DNA of 64,000 nt, taken from positions 32,001-96,000 of the forward strand of contig JAXMNT010000006.1 of assembly GCA_034670305.1 (NCBI GenBank), given 5' to 3'. Positions 31,499 through 41,700 of the stretch are shown here, in pieces; the stretch's first letter is position 1; each line of letters begins with the position of its first letter. The notes below the pieces were generated by a model. The model was given only the letters and a program-made list of their open reading frames with translations, was not told the origin of the DNA and made no database searches. The position numbers were made by a program, and so were the translations under genes. The DNA is from Deltaproteobacteria bacterium (GTDB lineage: Bacteria > Myxococcota_A > Polyangia > Polyangiales > Houyiibacteriaceae).

Positions 31499-32105
31499 GG
31501 TAGAGCCCGTGTTCGTCGATGTAGGCTCGGACGTCGGGCGGCACGAGTCCGGAGGTCGGCTCACCCGTGGCGAGGCGCCGGCGGATCTCGGTGGAGCTCA
31601 GTTCGGGCATCGCGATGGTGACGTGCGGACCGGGCGGCGGCGGGAACCCTCCGCGTCCCACCACGAGCGGCGGCGCCCACTGCACGATGTCGTTCCAGCG
31701 GAACCAGCGCTCTGTCTCCTGCAGAATGTCGGCGCCGATGACGAGTCGCCACTTCGCCTTCGGATGGCGCGCGCGGAGCGCTGCGAGCGTGTGGTAGGTG
31801 CGCGACTCTCCTCCGAGCTCGCGCTCGATGTCGCTGACGTACACGTTGCGCAGGTCGGCCATTGCAATCTTCGCCATCGCCCGCCGGTCTTCGTAGCCGA
31901 CGCTCTTCTTCCCGAAGGCATGCGCAAAGGTCGGTACGACCAGCACCCGGTCGACGTCGCCCGTCAGCTGTGCCCAGCACGCGACGAGCACGTGGGCGAT
32001 GTGTGGCGGATCGAAGCTGCCTCCGAAGATCGCAAACGTGCCCTCGTCGTCCGCCGCGATGCCCTCGAGCCCATCGTCCGTTGCAGGATCGACCAAGACG
32101 CTCAT
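31485..32105 (-). CDS. nadD: Nicotinate-nucleotide adenylyltransferase
   Basis: IFGGSFDPPHIAH, SRTYHTL, LVIGAD, RWFRW, ELSSTEIR, YIDEHGLY. Confidence 0.92.
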   Translation of the reverse strand: MSVLVDPATDDGLEGIAADDEGTFAIFGGSFDPPHIAHVLVACWAQLTGDVDRVLVVPTFAHAFGKKSVGYEDRRAMAKIAMADLRNVYVSDIERELGGESRTYHTLAALRARHPKAKWRLVIGADILQETERWFRWNDIVQWAPPLVVGRGGFPPPPGPHVTIAMPELSSTEIRRRLATGEPTSGLVPPDVRAYIDEHGLYRDDP

Positions 32106-32701
32106 CCGCTGACCGAGACCTTGCTGGACTTGCGGCCCTGCAAGACTTCGCGCCACAAGGGCTCACCGGACGGCGCGTACGCCGCGACCGCGATGCGGCC
32201 GTCTTCCTCGAGTTCCAGGAGGCCGACCTTGCCGGCTTCGAGTGGACCGGGCGTGAAGAAGTAGCGCGGTCCGAAACGCTTGAGCAGCATCTCCTGGCTC
32301 TCGCCGTAGACGATGACGGCGGCGTTCGCGATGTCCTCCTCGTCGAGCACCTTCTTGTCGTGGATCACCAGCACGATGCGATCCCCGATCATCTCGATCG
32401 CACGGGCCGGGGCGGGCGGGAGGGTTCGCACGGCGTCGAGTCGGCTGAGCTGTTCGTCGACGCTGAGGAAGGTCTCGATCTCATCCGCGGTGCCGACGGC
32501 GGCGACCTCGGCGGCCAACGTCAGGAAGTCGCGTGTCTCTCCTTCACGCAGTTCGGCTTCCCACGCCAGGGTCATCTCGCGGGCCGCGTCGTCCGCACCA
32601 AGGTAGATGGCCTGGTCCACGCCCGCGTCCCCGAGCAAGAATTCGGCGGCTTCCCGGAGCACTGTCAGATCGTGCGCGGGACCGATGAGGCCGATCCGCA
32701 C
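32102..32701 (-). CDS. Hypothetical protein with degenerate metallophosphoesterase-like fold
   Basis: MRIGLIG, AIYLGADD, VLVIHDK, IVYG, FFTPGP resemble calcineurin-like motifs without full metal ligands; translationally coupled to nadD. Confidence 0.6.
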   Translation of the reverse strand: MRIGLIGPAHDLTVLREAAEFLLGDAGVDQAIYLGADDAAREMTLAWEAELREGETRDFLTLAAEVAAVGTADEIETFLSVDEQLSRLDAVRTLPPAPARAIEMIGDRIVLVIHDKKVLDEEDIANAAVIVYGESQEMLLKRFGPRYFFTPGPLEAGKVGLLELEEDGRIAVAAYAPSGEPLWREVLQGRKSSKVSVSG

Positions 32702-32704
32702 CGG

Positions 32705-35700
32705 TCAGTTCCGGTCCGCGCCGGCCCGCTGGCGCGCGTCGAAGTGGGCGTCGCTGATCGCGAAGTGCACGAGCTCTCGGGCCTCGGGCACCTTGTCGAG
32801 CAGCACCACCCGGTCGGCGGACTCGTTGCCGAGGCCCGCGAGCTGAAGCAGCGCCTCTACGCCAGCTGGCACCGAGCCGAGCGCGAGGAGCGCCAACCGG
32901 TCTCCGAGCTCGGCCGCCGCCACCCCGAGACGCGTCGGATCGTATCCGGGCGCGTTGACCATCTCGAGCAACACCAATCCGAGTGCGTCGCGAGAGCGAC
33001 GCGAGATCCCCTTGGTGAGCTTCTTGGTCAGGTCGTCGACGAGTTTGGGGTCGTGCGCGCCGATCTGGATGTGCGGGTCGTACACGCGGTGCAGCGCCGC
33101 CAAGAGCGGTGCCAGAAGCTCCGGGCCCGTGCGCATGGCCACCGTGAGGTGCGACTGGGCGATCGAGATCGCGCGGGCGAAAAGGAACGCCCGCTGCCGC
33201 TCGTCGGTGCCACTCGCGAGGTCGTCGCCGATGAGCAGCGTCACCGGGCTCGAACCGACCGGCAAACAGAGTCGCGGCGCGGCACTCGTGACGAGCAGCT
33301 GCACGTCGGTGGCGCCGAAGAAGGCCCCCACCCGCTGCGCTTCGGACCGAAGGGGTTCGGTGCGGTACTTCTGCGCCCGCCACGCTTTCGCGTCGAACGG
33401 GGCCGCCTTGTCGAGCGCCTCTTGCGAGAGCCGGAACACTTCGAAGATGGCGCGGCCGAGCGGGGCGGGTGCGAGCATGTCGCGCAGATCCGCGTCGAAC
33501 GCACCCGCGCCGGCGCCGGGGATCTCACCGAGTGCGCCTACGCGGGCTGAGAGTCCGACGTCCTGCACGCCGTAGGCGACCGATGCGGAGGCGGCGGCTC
33601 GGGCTGCGTCCGGCCGGCCCTTCCAGTCGAGCACATCGACCAGGCCGGTCCACGCCATGACGTCGCTTGGGGCATCTCGTACGCCCCGCCGGAAATCGCT
33701 CAGCGCGCGCCCGAGGTGCATGGCCAATGCGCTCGGTGCGTTTTGGCGCTCGTAGAGGTCGGCCATGGCGCGGAGCACGACCAGGTCGGTCGGGTCGACG
33801 CGCCGCGTCTCGTCGAGCACCCGTTCCGCGGTGCGTGCATCGCCGCTGGCTTCGTGTGCCCGCGCGATCCGCAACCGATGTCGGCGACGTTCGTCTGGGT
33901 CGATCTCGATGTCGTAGAGCCGCTGCAGCATCGGGACGGCTTTCTCGAGGTTGTTCTCGCGGATGTACAACTCCGCCAACCGGTCCATCGTCTCGAGGTC
34001 TTCGGGCAACAACTTCAACACGCGAGAAAACGCGGCTTCGGCGCGTCGCGGATCCGGCATGTGCCGGTCGTACAGATCGCCCAGCGTGAAGAACACCCAG
34101 CGCAACTCTTCGCGGTCCTGTCGAAGTCGGGCGATTCGAATCAGCGTCTCGGCGGCGGCGCGGTAATCCTGTTCTTCCAGACTCAGTTCCGCGAGCTTCC
34201 GCAACGTGCCGATGCGGTTCGGTTCGAGTGCCAGCGCGCGCCGGAACGCTTCGCGGGCACCGTTGCGATCCCCGGCTGCCAAGGCGAGCGCCGCGTGGGT
34301 CTCGTGCAGCTCCACGAGCGTCGATGCGTCGCCGCCGGCGTCGAGCCTCCGCTGGGTCAGGTCCGCCAGCCGTCCATGGTGGCCGCCGCGCTCCAGCAGG
34401 ATGCGCGCCCGCTCGAAGATGTCGGCGTAGGTCACGTCGATCTCGGAAGCCTTCTCGTACGCGCTCATGGCGTGCTCGACGTCTCCCGCTTCTTCCCATG
34501 CGCGACCCGCCGCGTAGAAACATGCGACCCGGTGGGTGTCGAGCTGGCTGGCGGCCGCCGCGAGTTCGAACGCATCTGCGGCCTGGGCGTGTTCTCCATC
34601 GGCGAGCAACGCGTCGGCTTGGGCTTCGGCGAGCAAGGGGTGGCGCGGCAACGCGGCGACGGCAGGTCCGAGCATCGCTGCAGCCTCGCCGGCATCGCTC
34701 GCAGCACGAACCGCTTCCGCGGCACGCAGCACGAACGCCGCTTGTTCTTCATCGCTCGCCGCGACGCCATCGATCACGGCCGCCCACGCGGTGGCGCGCG
34801 TCTGAGGATCTTCGGTCACGGCGAGCAGCCGCCGCGCAACCCAGGTCTCACCCGCCGGCCAGGCGTCACCGGTCAGCCGGTCGAACGCTTCCCGGAGCGT
34901 GGCGTCTCCGACCGTCGCGGGCGCATCCGCCCGAAGCAGCGCGAGACGCGCGCGCAAGCGCGCGGCGATCGCCACGCCGCGGCGATCGAGGTGCTCCATC
35001 AGTCGACCGCAGATCCGCGCGAGTTCGTCGTCGCGATTGTCGGTCATGAAGTGCCGCTCGAGCACCCGAAGGGTGGGCAAGTGGCCGGGCGCATCCTCCA
35101 GGATCGACTGAAGCGTGAGGACCGCACTGCTCATGTCGCCGCGTTCGTAGAGATCGAGGGCAGCGAGATCTTCGAGCGCCGCAAGCTTTTGCGCCGGGTC
35201 CGACGCTTCCTTCACTGCGACGAACCGTCGCTCGCCCACCCGCGCGTGCTGGTTCGACGCAAGCTCGGCGCGCTCGAGTGCGGCGGAGGTGATGGGATCT
35301 GGATGTTCGGCGAACAGCGTTCGGTAGAGGTTGGCGGCGGCAGCGTGGTCACCGGCCGACTCGTACGCCGCCCCCGCCCGCCAGACCGCGATGCGTCGGG
35401 CGCCCGGGTCCGAAGAGTCCTGTGCGCGCAGTTCGTAGAGTGTGGCGAGCGCAAGCGGATCGGTCCCGCTCGCGACGCTCAACATCGACTCCAGCACGGG
35501 GTCGTGCGACCCCCCGCCCTCGAGGTGGTCGTGGGCCTGCTGAAGCGCGGCGCCGTCGCCGCCCTTGGCGAACGCCAACTGCACGGCCAGCAGCGCCGAT
35601 TGTTTCGGCCCCGAAGCGGCATCGATTTGCTGCTCGAGCAAGACCCGCTGACCCTCGGCGTCGCCACGCTCGAGGTACGCACGTTCCAGCGCCCAAGACG

Positions 35701-38700
35701 CCGGGTGCGCGCCGGGGACTTCGTCGAGCGCAAACTTCCAGGCTTCGATCGCAGCGTCGGGATCCTCGCCCCGCCACTTGGCCCGACCAGCCTCACACCA
35801 CTCGAAGAACGCGGCGTCACCGGTCGAGTCAGAGGCGGCCTGTTGCCAGAGCGCGCCGGCGGCTGCTGGTTCGTTGGCCTCGAGCATCCGGACGAGCGCG
35901 CGTCGTGCCGGTGCGCCGCCCTCGTCCGCCGCCAGCTGCAAGGCGGCGCGTCGGTCGTCGCCCGCGAGTCGGGCCGCGAGTGCGAGAAGCACCCCCAGGC
36001 GCTGTTCGGGGGCCGCGCGCTCCGTCGCCGCCCGAAGGTGGGTCACGACTTCGGCGTCGTCGCCGGCCTTGGCGGCCAGGTCCAGCAAGAGGAGCGCTGT
36101 GGTGAGCGGTGCCTCGCCCCGTTCCGCGGCGGCCAGCAAGTACGCCCGCTCGTTGGATGGATCCGAGGTCGCGAGTTTGGCAGCCGCTTCGACCGCGGTG
36201 CCCTCCCCCTTGTGTTCCTCGCTCGGCGCGCTGAGCAGGGCGCCGTGTTTGCGCGTGAGGATCTCGCGGACCACTCGGATCGTGTCGAGGGTCTCGTCTG
36301 CGAGGGCCGCGTCCTTGAGGGCGGTCTGCGCGCCTTCGATGTCTTCGTTCTGTGCCCGGGCTTCGGCCAGGTCCAGCAACGCGAGCGCCCGGTTCGCGCC
36401 GCCGGTGGCTTCCGCAAGGGCGGTCAGCGCGGCGGTGCGTGCGTCCGCATCGCCCGCCCGGAGGGCCGCGAGTGCCTTCAACTTCAACCCCGCCGGTCGG
36501 GTGGCACCGTCGAGCAACGCCGTCGCTTCCGCCGGCTTCTTGGCGGCGAGCAACCAGCGCGCGGCGAGGCGGCGAAGGCCTTCCTGCAGGGAGGGCGTCT
36601 GCATCTGCGCCGATGCGGCCGAGAGCGCTTCGGCCCGGTCGACGGGATCTTCCGCCACGCGTGCCCGACCGAGGTTCGCTGCAAACCCCGCATGCCGAGC
36701 CGCCGCTTCGGTGTACGCCGTTCGGGCGCGGGCGGTCTGACCGGCCCGCTCCGCGTCTCGCGCCACGCGGGTCAACAAGGTGGAGGCGGCGACGTCGTCC
36801 TTCCAAACCTCCGCGGCCTTCTGGAGGGACACGGCGCCAGGGAGCCCGCGTCCCTGCGCACGCGCGGCTTCGTTCCACAGCAGGCCGGCCGGCACGCTGG
36901 GGTGTGCGGCCATCGCGGCGCGGCACGATCGTTCCGCGCCCTCCGCGTCGTCCATGCGCGACAGCTGGATCTCCGCGAGCAGCGTCAGCACGAGGCTCTT
37001 GTCGAGTGCGGAGAGCGGAAGGGCGGCCTCCGCTTGCAGCCGGGCCACGACCTCGTCCCAATCGCCGCGGTGCATGGCGGCGCGCCGGAGTGCGCGCAGG
37101 GCGAGCAGGTCGCGCGGGTCCGCCTCGTTGGCTTCGACGAACAGCGCGTGTGCTTCGTCGTGGCGCGCGAGCCGTTCGAAGATCTCGGCGGCGGCGACGA
37201 GGCACCGCGCTTTGCCTGTCGTGGGGCCGGACGCCGCGAGGCGCTTGAGCATCTCGCCCCGCTTGAGCAGCGTCTCGGGGTCGGTTCCGACGAACTCCAG
37301 CTTCTCTTCGCGGGGCTTGCGGTGTCGGACCGTTCGCTGCGCGGTGGCTGCACCTTGGTCTCGGGCGGCCGCCGCAGGATCCACGGCGGCCTCTGCCGCA
37401 TCGGCGTCGAACTCGAGCTCGGGCCCGTCGTCGTCTTCCTCCGCGACCTCGAGGGCTGGGGCATCGTCGCCCTCGTCGCCGAACTCGAGCGCTGGGCCGT
37501 CGTCGGATTCGCCGAACTCGAGCTCCGGGCCGTCGTCGTCGGGCTCGCCGAACTCGAGCTCCGGGCCGTCGTCGTCGGGCTCGCCGAACTCGAGCTCCGG
37601 GCCGTCGTCGTCGGGCTCGCCGAACTCGAGCTCCGGGCCGTCGTCGGGCTCGCCGAACTCGATCTCCGGGCCGTCGTCTTCTGGTTGGCCGACCGCGATC
37701 TCGGGCTCGTCGTCCAGTGCGGGCGGGTCCACGCGAAGCATGGGCGGGACCGGAATCTCTGTAGATATCGGCTCGAGCGATTCCCCCTCTGCGAGGGAGA
37801 CCTCCATCGTCGGCTCGTCCTGGCGAGGCGGCTTGGAGGACGTGCCGACGCGCGGCGCTGCGTCCGCCTCTGCCACGGCGTCTTCTGCGTCCTTGTCGAG
37901 GTCCCCGAAGAGAAGGTCGAGTTCTTCGTCCGGCTCGGCGAACGGGTCGAGGAGATCGTCCTCGCCGCTGGCGCTCGGACCCAGTTGGCTGGGCGTTGGC
38001 AACGAGAACGCACCCTTGGCTTGCGGACGTGGGAGCTCCGCTTGCGGAAGGCTGGGCGCGGGCAGGGCAGGCTGCGGCAGCCGGGGCGGCTTCGGTCGCG
38101 GCAACCCAGGCTTGGCCAGGGGCGGCGGCGCGGGCGGACGGGCGATGACGGGCGGTGGAGCGACCGGGGCGGCGACGGGCGGAGGCGCGACGGCCGGCGG
38201 TGCGACGGCCGGGGGCGCGACGGGCGCAGGCGCGATTCTCGTCGACTCGTCGTCGTCTTCGTCCTCGCCGAAGAGACCATCCAGATCCAATTCGACCGCA
38301 TCCCGGTAGTCGTCTGGGACTTTGCTTGCGCGCGGCGCGTCGCCTTCGTCTCCGGTCGTGCGGAGCTCCTGCAGCGAGGCGATGAGGTCTTCGGGCACCG
38401 CTGCGATGGCGGTGGCTTCGTCGCTGTCGTCGTCGCCAAACGAAGGGAATGCCTCGCGTACCTTGGCGGGGCTTGGCGGTGTGATCTTCGGCGCCTTCGG
38501 CTGCGGGATCTGCGGGACGGGCTTCTTCCGCGCTTCCAATCCGGGATCGGGCTGGTAGAGCGGACCTCGGCCGGCAGGGCGCGGTTTGGGCTTCGGCGCG
38601 GAGGGCTCCGGTGCAGGCGGTACGGTTTGCCGGAGCGGCGCGGCTTTCGCCTGCGCGGCGTCCTCGAAATCTTTCTCCCACGCGTCCAGCGCGTCGTCGA

Positions 38701-38740
38701 GATCCAGGTCGAGCTCGAAGTCGTCGTCTTCGGTACTCAT
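32705..38740 (-). CDS. Giant TPR-repeat protein (~2011 aa) with acidic/Pro-rich N-terminal region
   Basis: Many TPR-like helices (ALALEPNRIGTLRKLAEL etc.); ATG 38740 overlaps the stop of the upstream gene (ATGA). Confidence 0.85.
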   Translation of the reverse strand: MSTEDDDFELDLDLDDALDAWEKDFEDAAQAKAAPLRQTVPPAPEPSAPKPKPRPAGRGPLYQPDPGLEARKKPVPQIPQPKAPKITPPSPAKVREAFPSFGDDDSDEATAIAAVPEDLIASLQELRTTGDEGDAPRASKVPDDYRDAVELDLDGLFGEDEDDDESTRIAPAPVAPPAVAPPAVAPPPVAAPVAPPPVIARPPAPPPLAKPGLPRPKPPRLPQPALPAPSLPQAELPRPQAKGAFSLPTPSQLGPSASGEDDLLDPFAEPDEELDLLFGDLDKDAEDAVAEADAAPRVGTSSKPPRQDEPTMEVSLAEGESLEPISTEIPVPPMLRVDPPALDDEPEIAVGQPEDDGPEIEFGEPDDGPELEFGEPDDDGPELEFGEPDDDGPELEFGEPDDDGPELEFGESDDGPALEFGDEGDDAPALEVAEEDDDGPELEFDADAAEAAVDPAAAARDQGAATAQRTVRHRKPREEKLEFVGTDPETLLKRGEMLKRLAASGPTTGKARCLVAAAEIFERLARHDEAHALFVEANEADPRDLLALRALRRAAMHRGDWDEVVARLQAEAALPLSALDKSLVLTLLAEIQLSRMDDAEGAERSCRAAMAAHPSVPAGLLWNEAARAQGRGLPGAVSLQKAAEVWKDDVAASTLLTRVARDAERAGQTARARTAYTEAAARHAGFAANLGRARVAEDPVDRAEALSAASAQMQTPSLQEGLRRLAARWLLAAKKPAEATALLDGATRPAGLKLKALAALRAGDADARTAALTALAEATGGANRALALLDLAEARAQNEDIEGAQTALKDAALADETLDTIRVVREILTRKHGALLSAPSEEHKGEGTAVEAAAKLATSDPSNERAYLLAAAERGEAPLTTALLLLDLAAKAGDDAEVVTHLRAATERAAPEQRLGVLLALAARLAGDDRRAALQLAADEGGAPARRALVRMLEANEPAAAGALWQQAASDSTGDAAFFEWCEAGRAKWRGEDPDAAIEAWKFALDEVPGAHPASWALERAYLERGDAEGQRVLLEQQIDAASGPKQSALLAVQLAFAKGGDGAALQQAHDHLEGGGSHDPVLESMLSVASGTDPLALATLYELRAQDSSDPGARRIAVWRAGAAYESAGDHAAAANLYRTLFAEHPDPITSAALERAELASNQHARVGERRFVAVKEASDPAQKLAALEDLAALDLYERGDMSSAVLTLQSILEDAPGHLPTLRVLERHFMTDNRDDELARICGRLMEHLDRRGVAIAARLRARLALLRADAPATVGDATLREAFDRLTGDAWPAGETWVARRLLAVTEDPQTRATAWAAVIDGVAASDEEQAAFVLRAAEAVRAASDAGEAAAMLGPAVAALPRHPLLAEAQADALLADGEHAQAADAFELAAAASQLDTHRVACFYAAGRAWEEAGDVEHAMSAYEKASEIDVTYADIFERARILLERGGHHGRLADLTQRRLDAGGDASTLVELHETHAALALAAGDRNGAREAFRRALALEPNRIGTLRKLAELSLEEQDYRAAAETLIRIARLRQDREELRWVFFTLGDLYDRHMPDPRRAEAAFSRVLKLLPEDLETMDRLAELYIRENNLEKAVPMLQRLYDIEIDPDERRRHRLRIARAHEASGDARTAERVLDETRRVDPTDLVVLRAMADLYERQNAPSALAMHLGRALSDFRRGVRDAPSDVMAWTGLVDVLDWKGRPDAARAAASASVAYGVQDVGLSARVGALGEIPGAGAGAFDADLRDMLAPAPLGRAIFEVFRLSQEALDKAAPFDAKAWRAQKYRTEPLRSEAQRVGAFFGATDVQLLVTSAAPRLCLPVGSSPVTLLIGDDLASGTDERQRAFLFARAISIAQSHLTVAMRTGPELLAPLLAALHRVYDPHIQIGAHDPKLVDDLTKKLTKGISRRSRDALGLVLLEMVNAPGYDPTRLGVAAAELGDRLALLALGSVPAGVEALLQLAGLGNESADRVVLLDKVPEARELVHFAISDAHFDARQRAGADRN
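37400..37715 (-). repeat. In-frame 33-36 bp tandem repeat encoding (PELEFGEPDDDG)n
   Basis: GAACTCGAGCTCCGGGCCGTCGTCGTCGGGCTCGCC repeated; about 9 peptide units including degenerate ones. Confidence 0.9.
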
Positions 38741-41700
38741 GTACCCAGGCTCCGTCGAAGTTCGATCATCTGTGGAGAGATCCAGAAGTGAATGAGGTCG
38801 TTGGCATCCGCGGTGGCGCGGACGACCGCAAGCGATGGGTGTTCGTCGATGAGCGCCGTCACGATCGAGGTCAGGTCGCCGCCGACGAGCGCGCCCGCGC
38901 GCATGGCCCCTCGTCGCACGCCCACGCAGAACGCTTCGACGTCGCGGCCGCCATCCGGCACCTGCGCCGCCAGCGTCGCCGCGGCCTTTCGGGTCTTGCG
39001 CGGCATCGCTTTGTGGAGGCGTCGCGTCCAGTCGACGAGCCCTGCTCGGTCCATGCCCGCCGCGAGTGGGTGATCCGACGCCGCCGCCACCGCATGCAGC
39101 ATGGTCGCGCCATCGCTCGGCATGCGGCGCACGAGCGCGCTGAACCCGAGTCGAAGCGCACAGGCTTGCTGGGCCACGAGGAACCGGTGCACGGGATGCA
39201 GTGGCGACCGCACGCCGTCCCCGATGACCCACGCGTGTCGCTTCTTGCCCGGCATCGCGAGCAGTCGACCCGGGTCGTCTCCACCCACGAAGGTGTCCAT
39301 CTCAGGCAGGGCGAACAGACGCGACAGCACACCGATTTCATCGCGCACCGGATGCGGACCCGAACCGACCAGTTCTCGGCGTCCCACCCCGAGCGCCGTC
39401 GGGGTCAAATCGATGAGTTCGCACAGTACGGGATCGAGCAGGCGGGCGAGCTCCGCGAGCGGGCCGACGGCTTCGGGCATCATCACGCGCAGACGGGCGT
39501 CGTCGATCGACTCGATCGCCGCCCGCGTCATGATGCCGGTCTCTTCTTCGGCCGCGCGGGACTCTTCGGGCGTTGCTGCGCCAATGGCTTGCAGGGCTTG
39601 CAGCACCGTCTGCTCGAACACCCGGTCGCCCCGCCAGTCCGCCACATCGCGCAACCCGCGGAGCAGATCCGCAGCCAATCCGTCGCGTTGGATCATCGCG
39701 CGGATGGTCCCCTCGACCTCGTCGGCCAGCGCCTCGCGCGACGACGGGTCCGGCAGCAGTGCGGCAAGCGCCCGCGCGGCTTCGAGATCGGTCGGCGTGG
39801 ACTTCAGTGCACTTCGGTACGCCGCCTGGGCCGATGTGTGGTCCCCCGCCGCGACGTGAAGTTCTGCGGCACGCCGGGCATGGGCCGCCTTGTCCGCGCC
39901 CTCCGCGCCCGCGGCCGCCTTGGTGAGTGCCGCCGCGGCCGCTGCGGTGTTCCCCGTGCGCTCGGCCAGCCCGGCCATGCGCACGAAGAGATCGACCGTG
40001 CCGTATCCGAGGCCATCCACCGCAGCCAGCTCGACGAGCGCGCCGGCGGGATCGTCGAGTTTGTGCTCGAGGAAGTCGGCCGCGCCGAGACGCGAGATGC
40101 GTTTCTGTTTCGCGGGCACGTCCGCCTTGGCGATGAGGCGCAGTCCGTCGACCGCAGGCGCCCAGCTGCCGCGGGACACGTTGATCTCCACCGCGAGCGC
40201 CAGGCCGCCGACGTGCTGTTCGTCGAGCAGCACCAGGTTCTCGATCGCCTCGAGTGCTTCGTCGAGCTCGCCACGGCTGCGGTGCAGCCGCGCCAGTTCG
40301 TAGAAGAGCCGCTCCAGACCTTCGTCGGTCGCCTCGATCCGCCGCTTCACGATTCGGACGAGCGCTTCGGCGTCGGCCCGCTCGGCCAGAAGATCGTGCA
40401 ACCGATGGAACGCGTTCGGGCGTCCCGGGTTCTCGTCGAAGACCGCGGCGAGTCGCGGTTCGGCCCCCGCCGGATCGTCGAGGTGATCGAGCAGCACCGC
40501 CGCCGCTTCTTCTTGCAGACCGTGCGCCGCATCTCCATCGAGGTGGGCGAGCAGCTGGTCGCACGCGCGCACCACGTCTTCCCAGGCGCCGGCTGCGCGG
40601 GCCGCTGTGCGCAGCGCTTCCCACCCCGCCAGGTCCCAGGGATCGGCTTCGACGACGGCCCGGTTGATTTCGAGCGCTTGCTGACGACGCGCCGCGGAGA
40701 GCGCACGGCCTGCTGCCGCGCGGAGGACCGGCTGAGTGGATGGGCTCGCGTGTTCCAGGACCCCGAGCAGCGAGGCCGCGCGCGCGTCCGGATCGTCGCC
40801 CGGTTCCAGCGTCTCTTCGATCCCCGCCCGCGCCGAAGCGGTGTCCGGCGCACGGGCACCAAGGTCTTGCGCCAGGAGGAACACGTCGTCGGCTGCGTCG
40901 TTGCCTTCGACGACGAGTTTCGTGCGCAGGCCGTGGAGGAAGATGTCCGCGGACGCGACCTTGTCGCTCGTCGCGTCCGCCAGTCGCAACCAGACCTCTC
41001 CGCGCAACGTGCGGTCGCCGTCGGTGGTCAGCGCCAGGGCGGCCAGCATGGCCCAGACGTCGTCCTTGACCGGTTCGCCTTCCGCGACTTCGTCGGGCGC
41101 GAGTTCGCGGATCGCGTGTTCCACCGCCGCGAGGTCCAGCAGGTCGACTTCGGCCGTTTGGCCATGTTCCCGCCGCAACTGGATGCGGTCCGCACCCTCG
41201 GCGACCGCCAGCAATTTCTCGAGTCCGATGAGCCGCACGGCGGGCTCGGCCCCGTCTTCAGGGAGGGTGCTCAGCGCGAGCGCGGCTTCGACGCCGACGT
41301 GGGATTCGAGACACGACTGCAACGGCGACTCGGCGAGCGCCCCCTTGCCGAGCAGCGCGTAGTGTTCGCCCATCTCGAGCGTGGCGATGCGCGTCTCGCC
41401 AAGTGCGAGCTCTCGTGCCGAGAGTCCCTCCTGGGCCCGCAGCATCAACTCGTCGTCGTCGTGGGTCCGCGCCAGCCGCTCCAGTGCACGCAGTGGAGAC
41501 GGCGAATCGGGCGCTTGATCGGCGGCTTGCTCGTAGGTCTCTTTGGCCGTGTCGACGTCGTTGGCGGCTTCGGCTGCGGCACCCGCGAGCAGCAGCTCGA
41601 CGACCGCCGCGCGTGTGCCGCCGTGCGCCTCCGCCGCTTCGCGGAGCAACTTCACCACCGCGGCCGAGTCGCCCCGCGCGCGGTAGAGCATCTCGAGCAG

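Noticed and set aside
37400-37715. CRISPR array (36-bp repeats)
   Set aside because: The repeats are contiguous without unique spacers, lie in frame within a CDS, and there are no cas genes.
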